Part shown: one piece after another, positions 16,988 to 26,458 of the stretch | Numbering within the stretch: the first letter of the stretch is position 1 | Layout of the letters: each line of letters opens with the position of its first letter | Source of the DNA: Elusimicrobiota bacterium | GTDB taxonomy: Bacteria > Elusimicrobiota > Elusimicrobia > Elusimicrobiales > UBA9959 | Reading direction: 5' to 3' | Length of the DNA stretch: 58,562 nt | Assembly: GCA_027340875.1 (NCBI GenBank) | Contig: DAIENX010000009.1 | Coordinates: 1-58,562 of the forward strand | Made by a program: the position numbers and the translations under genes | The notes under the pieces: generated by a model | The model's input: only the letters and a program-made list of their open reading frames with translations | The model's database searches: none | Told to the model about the DNA's origin: nothing

Positions 16988-19138
16988 ATGCGCTTCCCCT
17001 CCAAGAAGAACATCGCCCTGCTCTCCACGCCTCCGACCTTCGTGGAAAGGAGCATCTGCCCGCTCGGCCTGCCGCCGGTGGGCATCTTCAAGCTGGCGGC
17101 CTTCCTGAAGAAGACCGGCAACAGGGTCTCCTACATCAACATGCACTCCGGGGCGGTGGACACGGTCTCGCTCACCCTGAACCCGGAGGCCGTTTCGACG
17201 TGGCGGGAGAAGCCGCTCGGCAGCAAGGGCACCCGGAAGGCCAGGATGATGATAAGCGGCCGGAGCTCGGAATACTTCGCCAAACAGCTAAGGGAGCTGG
17301 AGCATAAGCCGCACGAGCTCTGGATCAGCTGCGCATTCACGTTCGATTACGACCTGGTGAAGGAGTACGCGGACATAGCGCGCGGCATCCATCCCGGCAT
17401 CAAGGTGGTGGTCGGGGGCGATTTCGTCAGGGTGATGCCCGAGCTGGCCCAAAAGGTCGGAGCCGACGAGCATTTCACCGGCAGGATACCGGAGGCCGAC
17501 GACTGCGTGCCGGATTTCTCCTTCCTGACGAACGGACAGTTCGGGATGTTCCAGCTGCAGACCGGCTGCGTAAACAAATGCTCCTTCTGCCACATCAGCA
17601 TGGACCGCCCGCAGCGCTTCGGGGTGGACGGCGTCATCGCCTATATGAAGGAGTTCTACGACAAGCACCACCCGGAGTGCTTCTGGAACTGGGACCCGAA
17701 CGTCGCGCTGTACCCGCAGCAGTTCGAGGAGTTCCTGGACAAGTACATAGCCAGCGGCATGAAGGCCGACCTGCGGTTCGCCAAGGGCCTGCAGCCGAAC
17801 CGGATAACCGAGGGCATGATGAAGAAGATGGCCGCGGCCGGCGCCTCGGCCACGCTGCCGATGGAATGCGCGAACTACGAGGCGACGAAGCGCCTGCATA
17901 AGCCCTACACGATCATCTCCTCGGTCAAGCTGCTGCACATGGCCAAGCAGAGCGGGGTGGAGATGTCCAACTGCCCCTGCACCTCGCTGCTCGGCTATCC
18001 CGACGACGACTTCGGGGCCTTCTTCAGGATCTATCTGGCGGTGCTGCGCGCCGGCGCGTCGCCGGCCCCGTTCCCCGTCTACCTTTTCCCGGGATCGCCG
18101 GACTACAGGAAGTACTACCCGCTGATAAAGCACAAGGACCTCAGCGAACTGCACGGCCAGCTCTGGCCGCTGCTGCCGGACGAGGACCTGGACAAGTACC
18201 AGAGTTTCTTCAAGTTCCTCGAGGATACCCGCCTCGGCACCCTGATGACCAACATCAACATGCTCACCAGGGACCTGAAGGAGATACTGCTGGCGGAGCT
18301 GAAGACCACCTCCCGCTTCACCGAGCTGTGCCTCAACGCCAAGAAGGACACGCTCGAGGAGTTCCACAGGATAGAGAAGGAGATGAAGTTCCCGTCTCCC
18401 AGGAAGCGGGCGGAGAAGGCCGAAAGAGGCGAGCCCCGCGCGGCGGAGAATACGGAGAAGGCCGCGGCCGGCGCGGCTGAGGCCACGAAAGAAAAGGCCA
18501 AGAGGACCAAGGCGCCGGAGAAGGTGCTCTACGTCGTCGCTAACCCGATGCCGCTGGAGAAATCCGTTTCCAGGCAGATGGGCAAGCGCTTCATGGACGC
18601 GCGCCTCAAGGCCGCGCCGAAGACCAAGTTCACCACGCTGGACCTCTGCGAGGAGGGGCTCACTTTCATCAACCGCGAGTACGTGGAAGCCGTCTATCAC
18701 AAGAGCAAGGCGCCGGTCTCGGCCGAGACCAAGCGGCTGATGGCGCTGGCCGACAAGTACATAAAGCTGCTGCGCGACGCCGACGAGGTGATCTTCGCCA
18801 CCCCGATGTATACGCTCTCTATACCCGCCGTGCTGAAGGCCTTCCTCGAGCTGGTGGCCAGCCGCCTCTATTACTACGAGGAACGCATGCTGGAGCCGCG
18901 GCCCACGGTCTGCCTGCTATCGAGGGACGGGGACTACCGTGCCGACGGGAAGGCTGACCCGCCGCATTATCCTTTCATGAACGTGCAGGAGACCATCCTG
19001 ACCGCGGCCATAGGCTTCCTCGGCCTGTCCCATGACGTGAAGTTCATAGCCGCCACCGCTCTCGGCGACCCGGACAGGGGCAAGGAGCGGAAGGAAAAGG
19101 CGATGCGCGAGGTGGAGGAGTACGCGTCGGCGGTCTGA
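16988..19138 (+). CDS. B12-binding radical SAM protein fused to a C-terminal AzoR/flavodoxin-2-like domain
   Basis: PPVGIFKLAAFL and VVVGG cobalamin-binding-like region; GCVNKCSFC; Lys/Ala/Glu linker; then KVLYVVANP..S.S, ADEVIFATPMYTLSIPAVLKAFLE. Confidence 0.85.
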   Translation: MRFPSKKNIALLSTPPTFVERSICPLGLPPVGIFKLAAFLKKTGNRVSYINMHSGAVDTVSLTLNPEAVSTWREKPLGSKGTRKARMMISGRSSEYFAKQLRELEHKPHELWISCAFTFDYDLVKEYADIARGIHPGIKVVVGGDFVRVMPELAQKVGADEHFTGRIPEADDCVPDFSFLTNGQFGMFQLQTGCVNKCSFCHISMDRPQRFGVDGVIAYMKEFYDKHHPECFWNWDPNVALYPQQFEEFLDKYIASGMKADLRFAKGLQPNRITEGMMKKMAAAGASATLPMECANYEATKRLHKPYTIISSVKLLHMAKQSGVEMSNCPCTSLLGYPDDDFGAFFRIYLAVLRAGASPAPFPVYLFPGSPDYRKYYPLIKHKDLSELHGQLWPLLPDEDLDKYQSFFKFLEDTRLGTLMTNINMLTRDLKEILLAELKTTSRFTELCLNAKKDTLEEFHRIEKEMKFPSPRKRAEKAERGEPRAAENTEKAAAGAAEATKEKAKRTKAPEKVLYVVANPMPLEKSVSRQMGKRFMDARLKAAPKTKFTTLDLCEEGLTFINREYVEAVYHKSKAPVSAETKRLMALADKYIKLLRDADEVIFATPMYTLSIPAVLKAFLELVASRLYYYEERMLEPRPTVCLLSRDGDYRADGKADPPHYPFMNVQETILTAAIGFLGLSHDVKFIAATALGDPDRGKERKEKAMREVEEYASAV

Positions 19139-19173
19139 GCCGGAGGCGGCGGCCGGACGAGAAAGCGCGGGGT

Positions 19174-20361
19174 TCAGGCCCCGCGCTTTTTCTTTTTAAG
19201 GCGCGCGGCCATGGCTCCCGCAGCTTCCGTTCCTTTCACGGTCAGCAGCAGCGCGAGCGGCGCGAACGGCGAAAAGAAGCGCCCGGCCCAGAAGACGTGG
19301 CCGGGGAAAGCGTAGGGAAGCGTGAGCAGGAGCATCCAGCCCGGGATCAGGCGCAGTCCCGGGGCCGCTAGCGCGGTCCCCAGCCCCAGCAGATACAGGA
19401 CAAGCAGGCACCATTTGGCCGCTCCCGGCAGGCCCAGCGAGAAATAAACCTTCTCGTAGAAGTCCCAGAAGCCGCGCGACATGCCTATCGCGGAATCCCT
19501 GACGTATTCCCATGGCGTATGCCGCCCGAAAGCCCATTGGCGGAAGTTGAGGCGGGGCGCGTAGGCGTCCTTCTGCCAATCCTCGAAGGTCGGATCGAAG
19601 CCGGGTTTACCGATATACTCTAGGTTGGCCAGGAAGTAGGAATGCAGGTTCACGGAGTAGAGCGCGTCCCCGTGCCGTGAGTAATTGTTCTGCAGATGCC
19701 CGGTCAGCAGCAGCAGCGCCGGCAGCAGGGCCAGCAGCGGCCGTAGCGTGCGTCCCTTCAGGCCGGCGGTGCAGAGCAGCAGCAGGCCGGAGCCTGCGTA
19801 GGTGACGCGGGTCAGCGTCAGTACGGCCAGCGCTCCTGCCGCCGTCAGCCAGGCGCGCCGCCGCAGCAGCGCGGGATCGTCGTACAATGTGTTGAGCAGC
19901 AGCAGCAGCCACGTCGTTTCTATCAGATGCCGCAGTCCTACTGCGTCGGACATCACCTGGCCCGGCAGGAAGGCGTAGAGGAGGGCGGCGGCCCAGGCGT
20001 ACCCGCGGCCGAGCAGGCGGTCCGCCAGCCGGAACAGCAGCAGCAGCGAAGGCGCGGCCCAGAGACTGGTGGCCAGGCGTATCCAGGCCGTGGTCCCGGC
20101 TCCCAGCTTGCCCAGCAGCCAGAGCCACCAGACGAAGAAGGGCTCCCTCGGGGAGGTATCGAAAGGATGGGTCAGCGGCAGGGAGGAGGGGAGGAAGGAG
20201 CCGAGGTCCATGTGGGGCGGCTCGTTCCTGGTCCAGAGTACATAGGCGGCCCGTGCGGCCAGTGTCAGTATGGTCAGAAGCCCGAGGAGGCGGAGCCGCC
20301 CGCCTCCGGCGGGATCCTTGGCGATGGCCCCTTCCGGTATGGTCCTGTCCGTCTTGCGCAT
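19174..20361 (-). CDS. Multi-pass membrane glycosyltransferase (GT-C/ArnT-like)
   Basis: Many transmembrane segments; D after TM1, REPFF, and AALLYAFLP pattern typical of GT-C. Confidence 0.65.
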   Translation of the reverse strand: MRKTDRTIPEGAIAKDPAGGGRLRLLGLLTILTLAARAAYVLWTRNEPPHMDLGSFLPSSLPLTHPFDTSPREPFFVWWLWLLGKLGAGTTAWIRLATSLWAAPSLLLLFRLADRLLGRGYAWAAALLYAFLPGQVMSDAVGLRHLIETTWLLLLLNTLYDDPALLRRRAWLTAAGALAVLTLTRVTYAGSGLLLLCTAGLKGRTLRPLLALLPALLLLTGHLQNNYSRHGDALYSVNLHSYFLANLEYIGKPGFDPTFEDWQKDAYAPRLNFRQWAFGRHTPWEYVRDSAIGMSRGFWDFYEKVYFSLGLPGAAKWCLLVLYLLGLGTALAAPGLRLIPGWMLLLTLPYAFPGHVFWAGRFFSPFAPLALLLTVKGTEAAGAMAARLKKKKRGA

Positions 20362-20371
20362 CGGCGCCGCG

Positions 20372-21184
20372 TCAGGGCCTCAGGTTCTTCCTGAGTACGG
20401 CCATGTCCTTTTTGAAGGATGGGCTGCGCCTGAGGGCCGCGTAGACCGCGTCGCCCAGCTTCTTGCCGGCCTCTATGTCCGAAGGGTGGTGCACGCCGGC
20501 TATGACCCTGTTCAGGGCCGCCTGGTCGGCGTAGGACATGAACTCGGCCGACTCGGAGGGCACGAGGTCCGAAAGCAGCAGGCCGAATACCCGGGCCGCG
20601 GTGGAATGGCCGCTGGGATAGGCGTAGCCGCTCTCCTTCTTGAGGCAGGGACGTATGGCCGGGTCGCGCAGGAAGGGGCGGGGCCTGGCGTACTTCCTCT
20701 TCTGCAGGAAGACCACGGAACTGGTGTCCAGCTTTATCTTCTGAAGTATTTTGCCCACCTCGGCCGGGGTGCTGGGTCCGAACGGGCTTATCTCCCCGAA
20801 GAAACTTTCGTACGTGGCCTGGGCCTGGTCGGCCGCGACGGCGCACTGTGCCTCCGTTCGCTCGGCCTGCCAGCGCAGCACTTCCGCCAGGTCCCGCCGG
20901 TCCTCGGCCGATCCTTCCGCCGGAGGCGGCTGGAAGCCCGACATGTCCACCTGCCACGGCGAGACATAGTAGACCCTGTCCGTGGGGGTGTCGAATACTC
21001 CGGGGGCATCGGCCGCGGCGGCCGGGGACGGAGCCTGCGGAAGGGACAGCTCCGCGCCGCTCAGGGAAGCCAGGGACAGCAGTTCGTCCGCCGAAGGGCC
21101 CGCCTGGGCCGCGGACGGGACAAGGCCGGCGGCGGCCAGCAGGAACGAGAGAGCGACGATGCCGGAGCGGCGGGATGTTTTCAT
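20372..21184 (-). CDS. Secreted PAP2-family (class A-like) acid phosphatase
   Basis: Signal peptide; K...ARPRP, YPSGHS and RVIAGVHHPSDI motifs. Confidence 0.9.
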   Translation of the reverse strand: MKTSRRSGIVALSFLLAAAGLVPSAAQAGPSADELLSLASLSGAELSLPQAPSPAAAADAPGVFDTPTDRVYYVSPWQVDMSGFQPPPAEGSAEDRRDLAEVLRWQAERTEAQCAVAADQAQATYESFFGEISPFGPSTPAEVGKILQKIKLDTSSVVFLQKRKYARPRPFLRDPAIRPCLKKESGYAYPSGHSTAARVFGLLLSDLVPSESAEFMSYADQAALNRVIAGVHHPSDIEAGKKLGDAVYAALRRSPSFKKDMAVLRKNLRP

Positions 21185-21261
21185 AGGCACTTCACACTAT
21201 ACAAAATTGAGGCGTCAGGGGAGCCGCTGTCCCGCGCTCTCCAGATATGCGATAATTAACT

Positions 21262-22902
21262 ATGACCGATACTAACGAAAAGGCTTCAGGCGGTTTCTAC
21301 GGGCTGGGTATAGCTCCCAAGCTCCTCGAGACCCTGGACGGCCTCAAATTCACCACTCCTACCCCCATACAGCACAAGGCCATCCCGTCCGCCTCCGAAG
21401 GCAAGGACCTGGTGGGCATCGCCCAGACCGGGACCGGCAAGACCATAGCTTTCGCCGTACCTATGATACAGCGGCTGGCCGCCACCGGACACGGCAGGGG
21501 CCTCGTGCTGGTGCCCACGCGCGAGCTCGCCCTGCAGGTGGCCGAGGTCGTGCGCCAGTTCGCCCCTGTGATGGGGCTGGAGGCCGCCGTGATAATAGGC
21601 GGCGAGAGCATGAGCCGGCAGGTGCAGGCCCTGCGCGCCCGGCCGCGCATCATAATAGCCACGCCCGGCCGCCTGATAGACCACCTGGGCCAGCGCACCG
21701 CCGACGTCTCCGACGTGCGCGTGCTGGTGCTCGACGAGGCGGACCGCATGCTGGACATGGGCTTCGCCCCGCAGATAGAGAAGGTCCTGGCCGCGATGCC
21801 CCGCGAGCGCCAGACCATGCTGTTCTCGGCCACGATGCCGGACGATATAATGAAGCTGGCGAGCCGCCACATGAAGCTGCCGATACGCGTCGAGGTGGCC
21901 AGGCCCGGCACCGCGGCCGACAAGGTGGAGCAGGAGCTCTTCATCGTCAGCCAGAACGACAAGAACACGCTGCTGGGCAAGCTGCTCGACAAATACTGGG
22001 GCAGCGTGCTGCTGTTCGTGCGCACCAAGCACCGGGCCAAGAAGATAACCCGCGCCATCAAGGCCATGCCGCATACCGCGGCCGAGATACATTCCAACCG
22101 CTCGCTGAACCAGCGCCGCGACGCGCTGGAAGGCTTCAAGAGCGGTAAGTACCGCGTGCTGGTGGCCACCGACATCGCGGCGCGCGGCATTGACGTGACC
22201 GGCATAGAGCTGGTCATCAACTACGACCTACCCGACGAGGACGGCAACTACGTGCACCGCATAGGCCGCACCGGCCGCGCGGGGCAGCCCGGCCATGCGA
22301 TAACCTTCGCCGCCCCGGACCAGGGCGCGGACGTCCGGAACATAGAGAAGCTCATCCGCATGAACCTGCCGGTGTCCAGCCATCCCGATATGCCCGCCGC
22401 GAAGTTCGGCGACTCCGTGCCCGGACCCGGGACCGGCGGCCGCCAGCCTTCCCAGCCGCGTCAGCCTCGGGGCCAGCGGCCTCAGCAGCAGCCGAGGCGC
22501 CCCCAGGGAGAGCAGCAGCCGCAGGAACAGCGCCAGAAACAGCAGCAGAAGCCCCGCCAGCCGCAACAGGAGCGGCAGCAGCCGCGTCGGCAGGAACAGA
22601 AGCGGCAGCAGCAGGCGCCGCGCGGGGACGAACATGGAGGACGGCGTCCGGGCGGGCGCCGTGACGAGCGCGGGGGGCGGCGCGACCAGGGCGGCAGGGA
22701 CGAAGCCCGCCGCGGCGGTATCAACCGCTACGGCGTGGATACCAGGAAGAGGAGTTCCATAGTCAGCGAATCCCCTTATTTCGATGAACCGAGGCGGGAC
22801 GACCGCTCCTTCCGCCCGGCCAGGTCCAGGCCGGCGGAACAGGCCAAGCCCGAGGTGTCGGGGAACTGGTTCTCCCGCTTCCTGAAGAGGAAAAAGGACT
22901 GA
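21262..22902 (+). CDS. DEAD-box RNA helicase (RhlE-like) with Q/R-rich C-terminal tail
   Basis: PTPIQ, AQTGTGKT, PTRELA, TPGR, DEAD, SAT, ARGID, HRIGRTGRAG. Confidence 0.95.
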   Translation: MTDTNEKASGGFYGLGIAPKLLETLDGLKFTTPTPIQHKAIPSASEGKDLVGIAQTGTGKTIAFAVPMIQRLAATGHGRGLVLVPTRELALQVAEVVRQFAPVMGLEAAVIIGGESMSRQVQALRARPRIIIATPGRLIDHLGQRTADVSDVRVLVLDEADRMLDMGFAPQIEKVLAAMPRERQTMLFSATMPDDIMKLASRHMKLPIRVEVARPGTAADKVEQELFIVSQNDKNTLLGKLLDKYWGSVLLFVRTKHRAKKITRAIKAMPHTAAEIHSNRSLNQRRDALEGFKSGKYRVLVATDIAARGIDVTGIELVINYDLPDEDGNYVHRIGRTGRAGQPGHAITFAAPDQGADVRNIEKLIRMNLPVSSHPDMPAAKFGDSVPGPGTGGRQPSQPRQPRGQRPQQQPRRPQGEQQPQEQRQKQQQKPRQPQQERQQPRRQEQKRQQQAPRGDEHGGRRPGGRRDERGGRRDQGGRDEARRGGINRYGVDTRKRSSIVSESPYFDEPRRDDRSFRPARSRPAEQAKPEVSGNWFSRFLKRKKD

Positions 22903-22918
22903 CGCTCCTTTGCCGGGC

Positions 22919-22954
22919 AAAAGAGAACGGCGCCATTCGGCGCCGTTCTCTTTT
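22919..22954. terminator. Bidirectional intrinsic terminator (helicase / lysC)
   Basis: AAAAGAGAACGGCGCC-ATTC-GGCGCCGTTCTCTTTT perfect hairpin. Confidence 0.9.
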
Positions 22955-22966
22955 CAGGTCCCTTCC

Positions 22967-24223
22967 TTATTTGCCCCTGCGGCCGCCTTTTTTCCCGCCG
23001 GCCGGAGCCTTTCCCAGCTCGAACACCTCGTGCAGCGTACGCACCGCCAGCTCGGAGTACTTGGCCTCTATCAGGCAGGAGACCTTGATGTCGGAGGTGT
23101 TCACCATGTACACGCTCACGCCTTCTTTCGCCAGCGCGGTGAACATCCTGGCGGCCACGCCGCTGTGCAGGCGCATGCCGGCCCCCACGATGGAGAGTTT
23201 GTTCAGGCCGGACCTGACGGCGAAGGAACTGCCAGGGTAGGCCGAGGTTATCTTTTTGGCCGCTTTCTCCGCGGCGGCGAGGTCCGCCGAGCCGCAGGTG
23301 AAGGAAACGGCGGTGCGGCCGTCGGCCGAGGCGGTGTCCTCCACGATCATATCTATGTTGATCTCGGCCTCCGCCACGGAGGTGAAGATGCCGGCCAGTA
23401 TGCCCGGCCTGTCGGGGATCCCGTTCAGCGAGACCTTTACCTGGTTCTTGTCGCAGACTATGCCGGAAACCGCGGCGTATTCCATGAGCTCCTCCTCCGG
23501 CACCACCTGGGTCCCGGGATTGAAATTGAGCGACGAGCGCACCACCAGCGGCAGGCCGTTGCGCCTGGCCATCTCCACGCAGCGCGGGTGCAGTACCTTG
23601 GCCCCCAGGTAGGACATCTCCAGCATCTCCTCGTAGGCAACCCGGGGCAGCATGCGGGCGTCGGGGCAGACGGAGGGGTCCGCGGTGAAGATGCCGTCCA
23701 CGTCCTTGTAGAACTCCACGCGGTCGGCTTTCAGCGCCACGCCCAGTGCCACGGCCGTGATATCCGAGCCGCCCCGGCCCAGCGTGGTTATGGAGCCTTC
23801 TCGGGTGGCGCCCTGGAAGCCCGCCACCACCACGATATAGCCTTCCTTGAGGGCGGCCAGCGTCCTGTCCGTGTTGACGGATTCTATGCGGGCCTTGGAG
23901 AAGGCCCCGGAGGTCGTTATCTGCACCTGGTGGCCGAGGAAGGATACCGCCCTGCGGCCGGCGTTCTCTATCGCCAGCGCCAGGAGAGCCGTGGTGACCT
24001 GCTCCCCCGAGGCCAGCAGCACGTCGAATTCGCGGCCCTCGCTGCGCGAGGAGACGGTCTTGGCGAGGTCTGTCAGGCGGTTGGTCTCCCCTGCCATGGC
24101 CGAGACCACTACGACCACCCTGTCGCCCTTGACGGAGCTGGCTATGACCCTGCGGGCCACGGAGCGGATGCGCTCTATGCCGCCCACCGAGGTGCCGCCG
24201 TATTTCTGTATTATCAGCGCCAT
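22967..24223 (-). CDS. lysC: Aspartate kinase
   Basis: QKYGGTSV, VVVVSAM, TLGRGGSD, DVDGIFTADP, GAKVLHPR, two ACT domains. Confidence 0.96.
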   Translation of the reverse strand: MALIIQKYGGTSVGGIERIRSVARRVIASSVKGDRVVVVVSAMAGETNRLTDLAKTVSSRSEGREFDVLLASGEQVTTALLALAIENAGRRAVSFLGHQVQITTSGAFSKARIESVNTDRTLAALKEGYIVVVAGFQGATREGSITTLGRGGSDITAVALGVALKADRVEFYKDVDGIFTADPSVCPDARMLPRVAYEEMLEMSYLGAKVLHPRCVEMARRNGLPLVVRSSLNFNPGTQVVPEEELMEYAAVSGIVCDKNQVKVSLNGIPDRPGILAGIFTSVAEAEINIDMIVEDTASADGRTAVSFTCGSADLAAAEKAAKKITSAYPGSSFAVRSGLNKLSIVGAGMRLHSGVAARMFTALAKEGVSVYMVNTSDIKVSCLIEAKYSELAVRTLHEVFELGKAPAGGKKGGRRGK

Positions 24224-24359
24224 CAGGCGGATATTCTCTCAAATGGCGGGCGGCTTGGCAACGGGCGGCGGAGGATTTCACAGAAAGACCTATAATAGGT
24301 AGAATCTTTCCGCGGGTCCGGAAGAAGGCGGGAAAGATGCCGGCGTACCGGGGGGGCAC

Positions 24360-25784
24360 ATGGCTCAGATGGATAAGCTGATAGAGAAGCTGCAGCAGGG
24401 GCAGGAGATAATACTCGAGGACGGCAAACAGCCCATGCTCAAGAGCGGGTCCGGCACGGCGCCGGCCGGCGCGCAGGAGCTCTCTGGCCAGCAGATAACC
24501 GCCCTGATCAGGGAGGCCGCGCCGCCCGACGCGGCCCAGAACATAGCCGCCAAAAGGCCGGCGATGTTCGAGTATAAGCTCGGCGAACGCACCATCGTCG
24601 TCTCCCTCACGCAGGAGGAGGGGAAGGCCCTGGCCCGCGTCTTCATCGGCGGGCGCCGCGGCGACGCCGTCTCCGGCGCTCCGGTGATCGAGCCGGAACT
24701 GAACAGGCTGCTCAGGAAGATGTGCTCCCTTGGGGCCTCCGACCTGCACCTCACCTCCGCGCACCGCCCTATGGTCAGGGTGAACGGGGACATGACGGAG
24801 CTGAAGGACGAGCCGGTGCTGGCCGGAGAGAAGCTCCGCGCGCTGCTGGCGGCCATCATGCCGCCGCACAACGTCAGCCAGTTCGAGAAGGAAAGGGACA
24901 CGGATTTCGCTCACGAGATACCCGGGGCGGCCCGCTTCCGCGCCAACGTCTTCATGGACAGGTTCGGCATGGGCGCGGTGTTCCGCGTGATACCGGCGGA
25001 GCTGGTCACGGCGGAGAAGCTCAAACTTCCCAAGGAAGTGCTGGACCTGTGTTTCCTCTCCAAGGGTCTGGTGCTGGTGACCGGACCCACGGGTTCCGGC
25101 AAATCCACCACGCTCTGCGCGTTGGTGGACTTCATGAACCGCAACCGCAAGGACCACATCATCACCATCGAGGACCCGATAGAGTTCGTGCATCAGAAGA
25201 AGAACTGCCTGATAAACCAGCGCGAGGTGCACGTGCACACCAAGTCGTTCTCGCAGGCCCTGCGCGCAGCGCTCCGCGAGGACCCGGACATCGTGTTGGT
25301 GGGCGAGATGCGCGACCTGGAGACCATCTCCATAGCGATAGAAACGGCCGAGACCGGCCACCTGGTGTTCGGCACGCTGCATACCACCACGGCGGCCTCC
25401 ACGGTGGACCGCATCATAGAGCAGTTCCCCGGGGAGAGGCAGGCGCAGATCCGCACCATGCTGGCCAGCTCGCTGAAAGGGGTTATCTCGCAGACGCTCT
25501 GCAAGAGGATAGGCGGCGGCCGCGTGGCCGCGATGGAGACCCTGTTCGTCAACAGCGCGGTCTCCAACCTGATCCGCGAAGGGAAGATCTACCAGATCCC
25601 GTCCGTCATGCAGACCGGCAGGAAGCAGGGCATGACCGTGCTGAACGACGTGCTCTTCAAGCTGGTGACGGACAAGCTGGTGGCTCCGGAAGACGCCTAT
25701 ATCAAGGCCATAGACAAGCCGGCCTTCGCCGCCATGCTGAAGTCGAAGAGCATAGTGCTGAACCTGCCGGGCATGGAGGAATAG
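24360..25784 (+). CDS. pilT: Type IV pilus retraction ATPase PilT with N-terminal extension
   Basis: GASDLHL, RFRAN, GPTGSGKST, TIEDPIE, LREDPD, GEMRD, TGHLVFGTLH, NLIRE. Confidence 0.93.
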   Translation: MAQMDKLIEKLQQGQEIILEDGKQPMLKSGSGTAPAGAQELSGQQITALIREAAPPDAAQNIAAKRPAMFEYKLGERTIVVSLTQEEGKALARVFIGGRRGDAVSGAPVIEPELNRLLRKMCSLGASDLHLTSAHRPMVRVNGDMTELKDEPVLAGEKLRALLAAIMPPHNVSQFEKERDTDFAHEIPGAARFRANVFMDRFGMGAVFRVIPAELVTAEKLKLPKEVLDLCFLSKGLVLVTGPTGSGKSTTLCALVDFMNRNRKDHIITIEDPIEFVHQKKNCLINQREVHVHTKSFSQALRAALREDPDIVLVGEMRDLETISIAIETAETGHLVFGTLHTTTAASTVDRIIEQFPGERQAQIRTMLASSLKGVISQTLCKRIGGGRVAAMETLFVNSAVSNLIREGKIYQIPSVMQTGRKQGMTVLNDVLFKLVTDKLVAPEDAYIKAIDKPAFAAMLKSKSIVLNLPGMEE

Positions 25785-25798
25785 CGGCCAGCGGGAAA

Positions 25799-25834
25799 AA
25801 AGAAAAGCCCCGGGCCGTCCCGGGGCTTTTTCTT
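25799..25834. terminator. Bidirectional intrinsic terminator after pilT
   Basis: AGAAAAGCCCCGGG-CCGT-CCCGGGGCTTTTTCT. Confidence 0.85.
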
Positions 25835-25848
25835 GCCTTATGCCGGCC

Positions 25849-26043
25849 TCAGCCGCCGCAACCGCAGCCTCCGCCGCAGACGTGTCCGCCGGGGTTCATC
25901 GGGCAGGCGCCGCCCTGGGGCGAGCCTCCCTTCTTGAGCCCGGGTATGTCGTCGGAGACCTTTACCACCTTGCCGAGCTTGGCGTCGTAGACGTACTTGC
26001 CGGTCCGGCTATCGGTCTTCTTCTGCTCTTTGTCGCTGGCCAT
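25849..26043 (-). CDS. Small protein with Cys/Gly-rich C-terminus (putative metal-binding)
   Basis: 64 aa; AAGGGG SD-like sequence upstream; GC3-rich codons; ends at a terminator; CPM...HVCGGGCGCGG. Confidence 0.65.
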   Translation of the reverse strand: MASDKEQKKTDSRTGKYVYDAKLGKVVKVSDDIPGLKKGGSPQGGACPMNPGGHVCGGGCGCGG

Positions 26044-26118
26044 AGGTTTACCCCTTAACGAAAGAAGGCAACTGGAGATAAGTCTGGCTTAAGTCCTGCT
26101 GACTTCATAAATGAAATC

Positions 26119-26276
26119 TGGTGCGCTCGACGGGTGAGGACCGGCGAAGAGCAGGACATAATCATGTCCTGCGTCCGGTCCGCAAGGGCGGAGCCGGTTT
26201 TCTGCGTAGCAAAACCGGCGAGCCGGGGTCGCGCAAGGCCGCTATGCGGCCTATGCGTGACTCGAACCTGTACAAC
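26119..26276 (-). repeat. tRNA-Arg 3'-fragment copy interrupted by a palindromic insert
   Basis: TGGTGCGCTCGAC at 26119-26131 plus T-arm remnant ACTCGAACCTGTACAAC at 26260-26276, separated by about 125 bp of hairpins. Confidence 0.7.
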
Positions 26277-26295
26277 ATCAAATAACTGAGAGATC

Positions 26296-26314
26296 TGGTG
26301 CGCTCGACAGGAAT
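26296..26314 (-). repeat. 19-bp exact duplication of the tRNA-Arg 3' end
   Basis: TGGTGCGCTCGACAGGAAT is identical to 26459-26477. Confidence 0.85.
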
Positions 26315-26458
26315 CGGTCACAGGTCTTTGGCTCGCCGTCGCTCGCCTCAGCCTGCGACCCCGCCTCCCCGCTGCGGCCTGCTGGCCTCGCGGGTCCGGC
26401 TTTCGCTTCCTGCCGCGAGCTATAATTATGGCTCGCTTCGAGTTGCTTATAGAGAACT

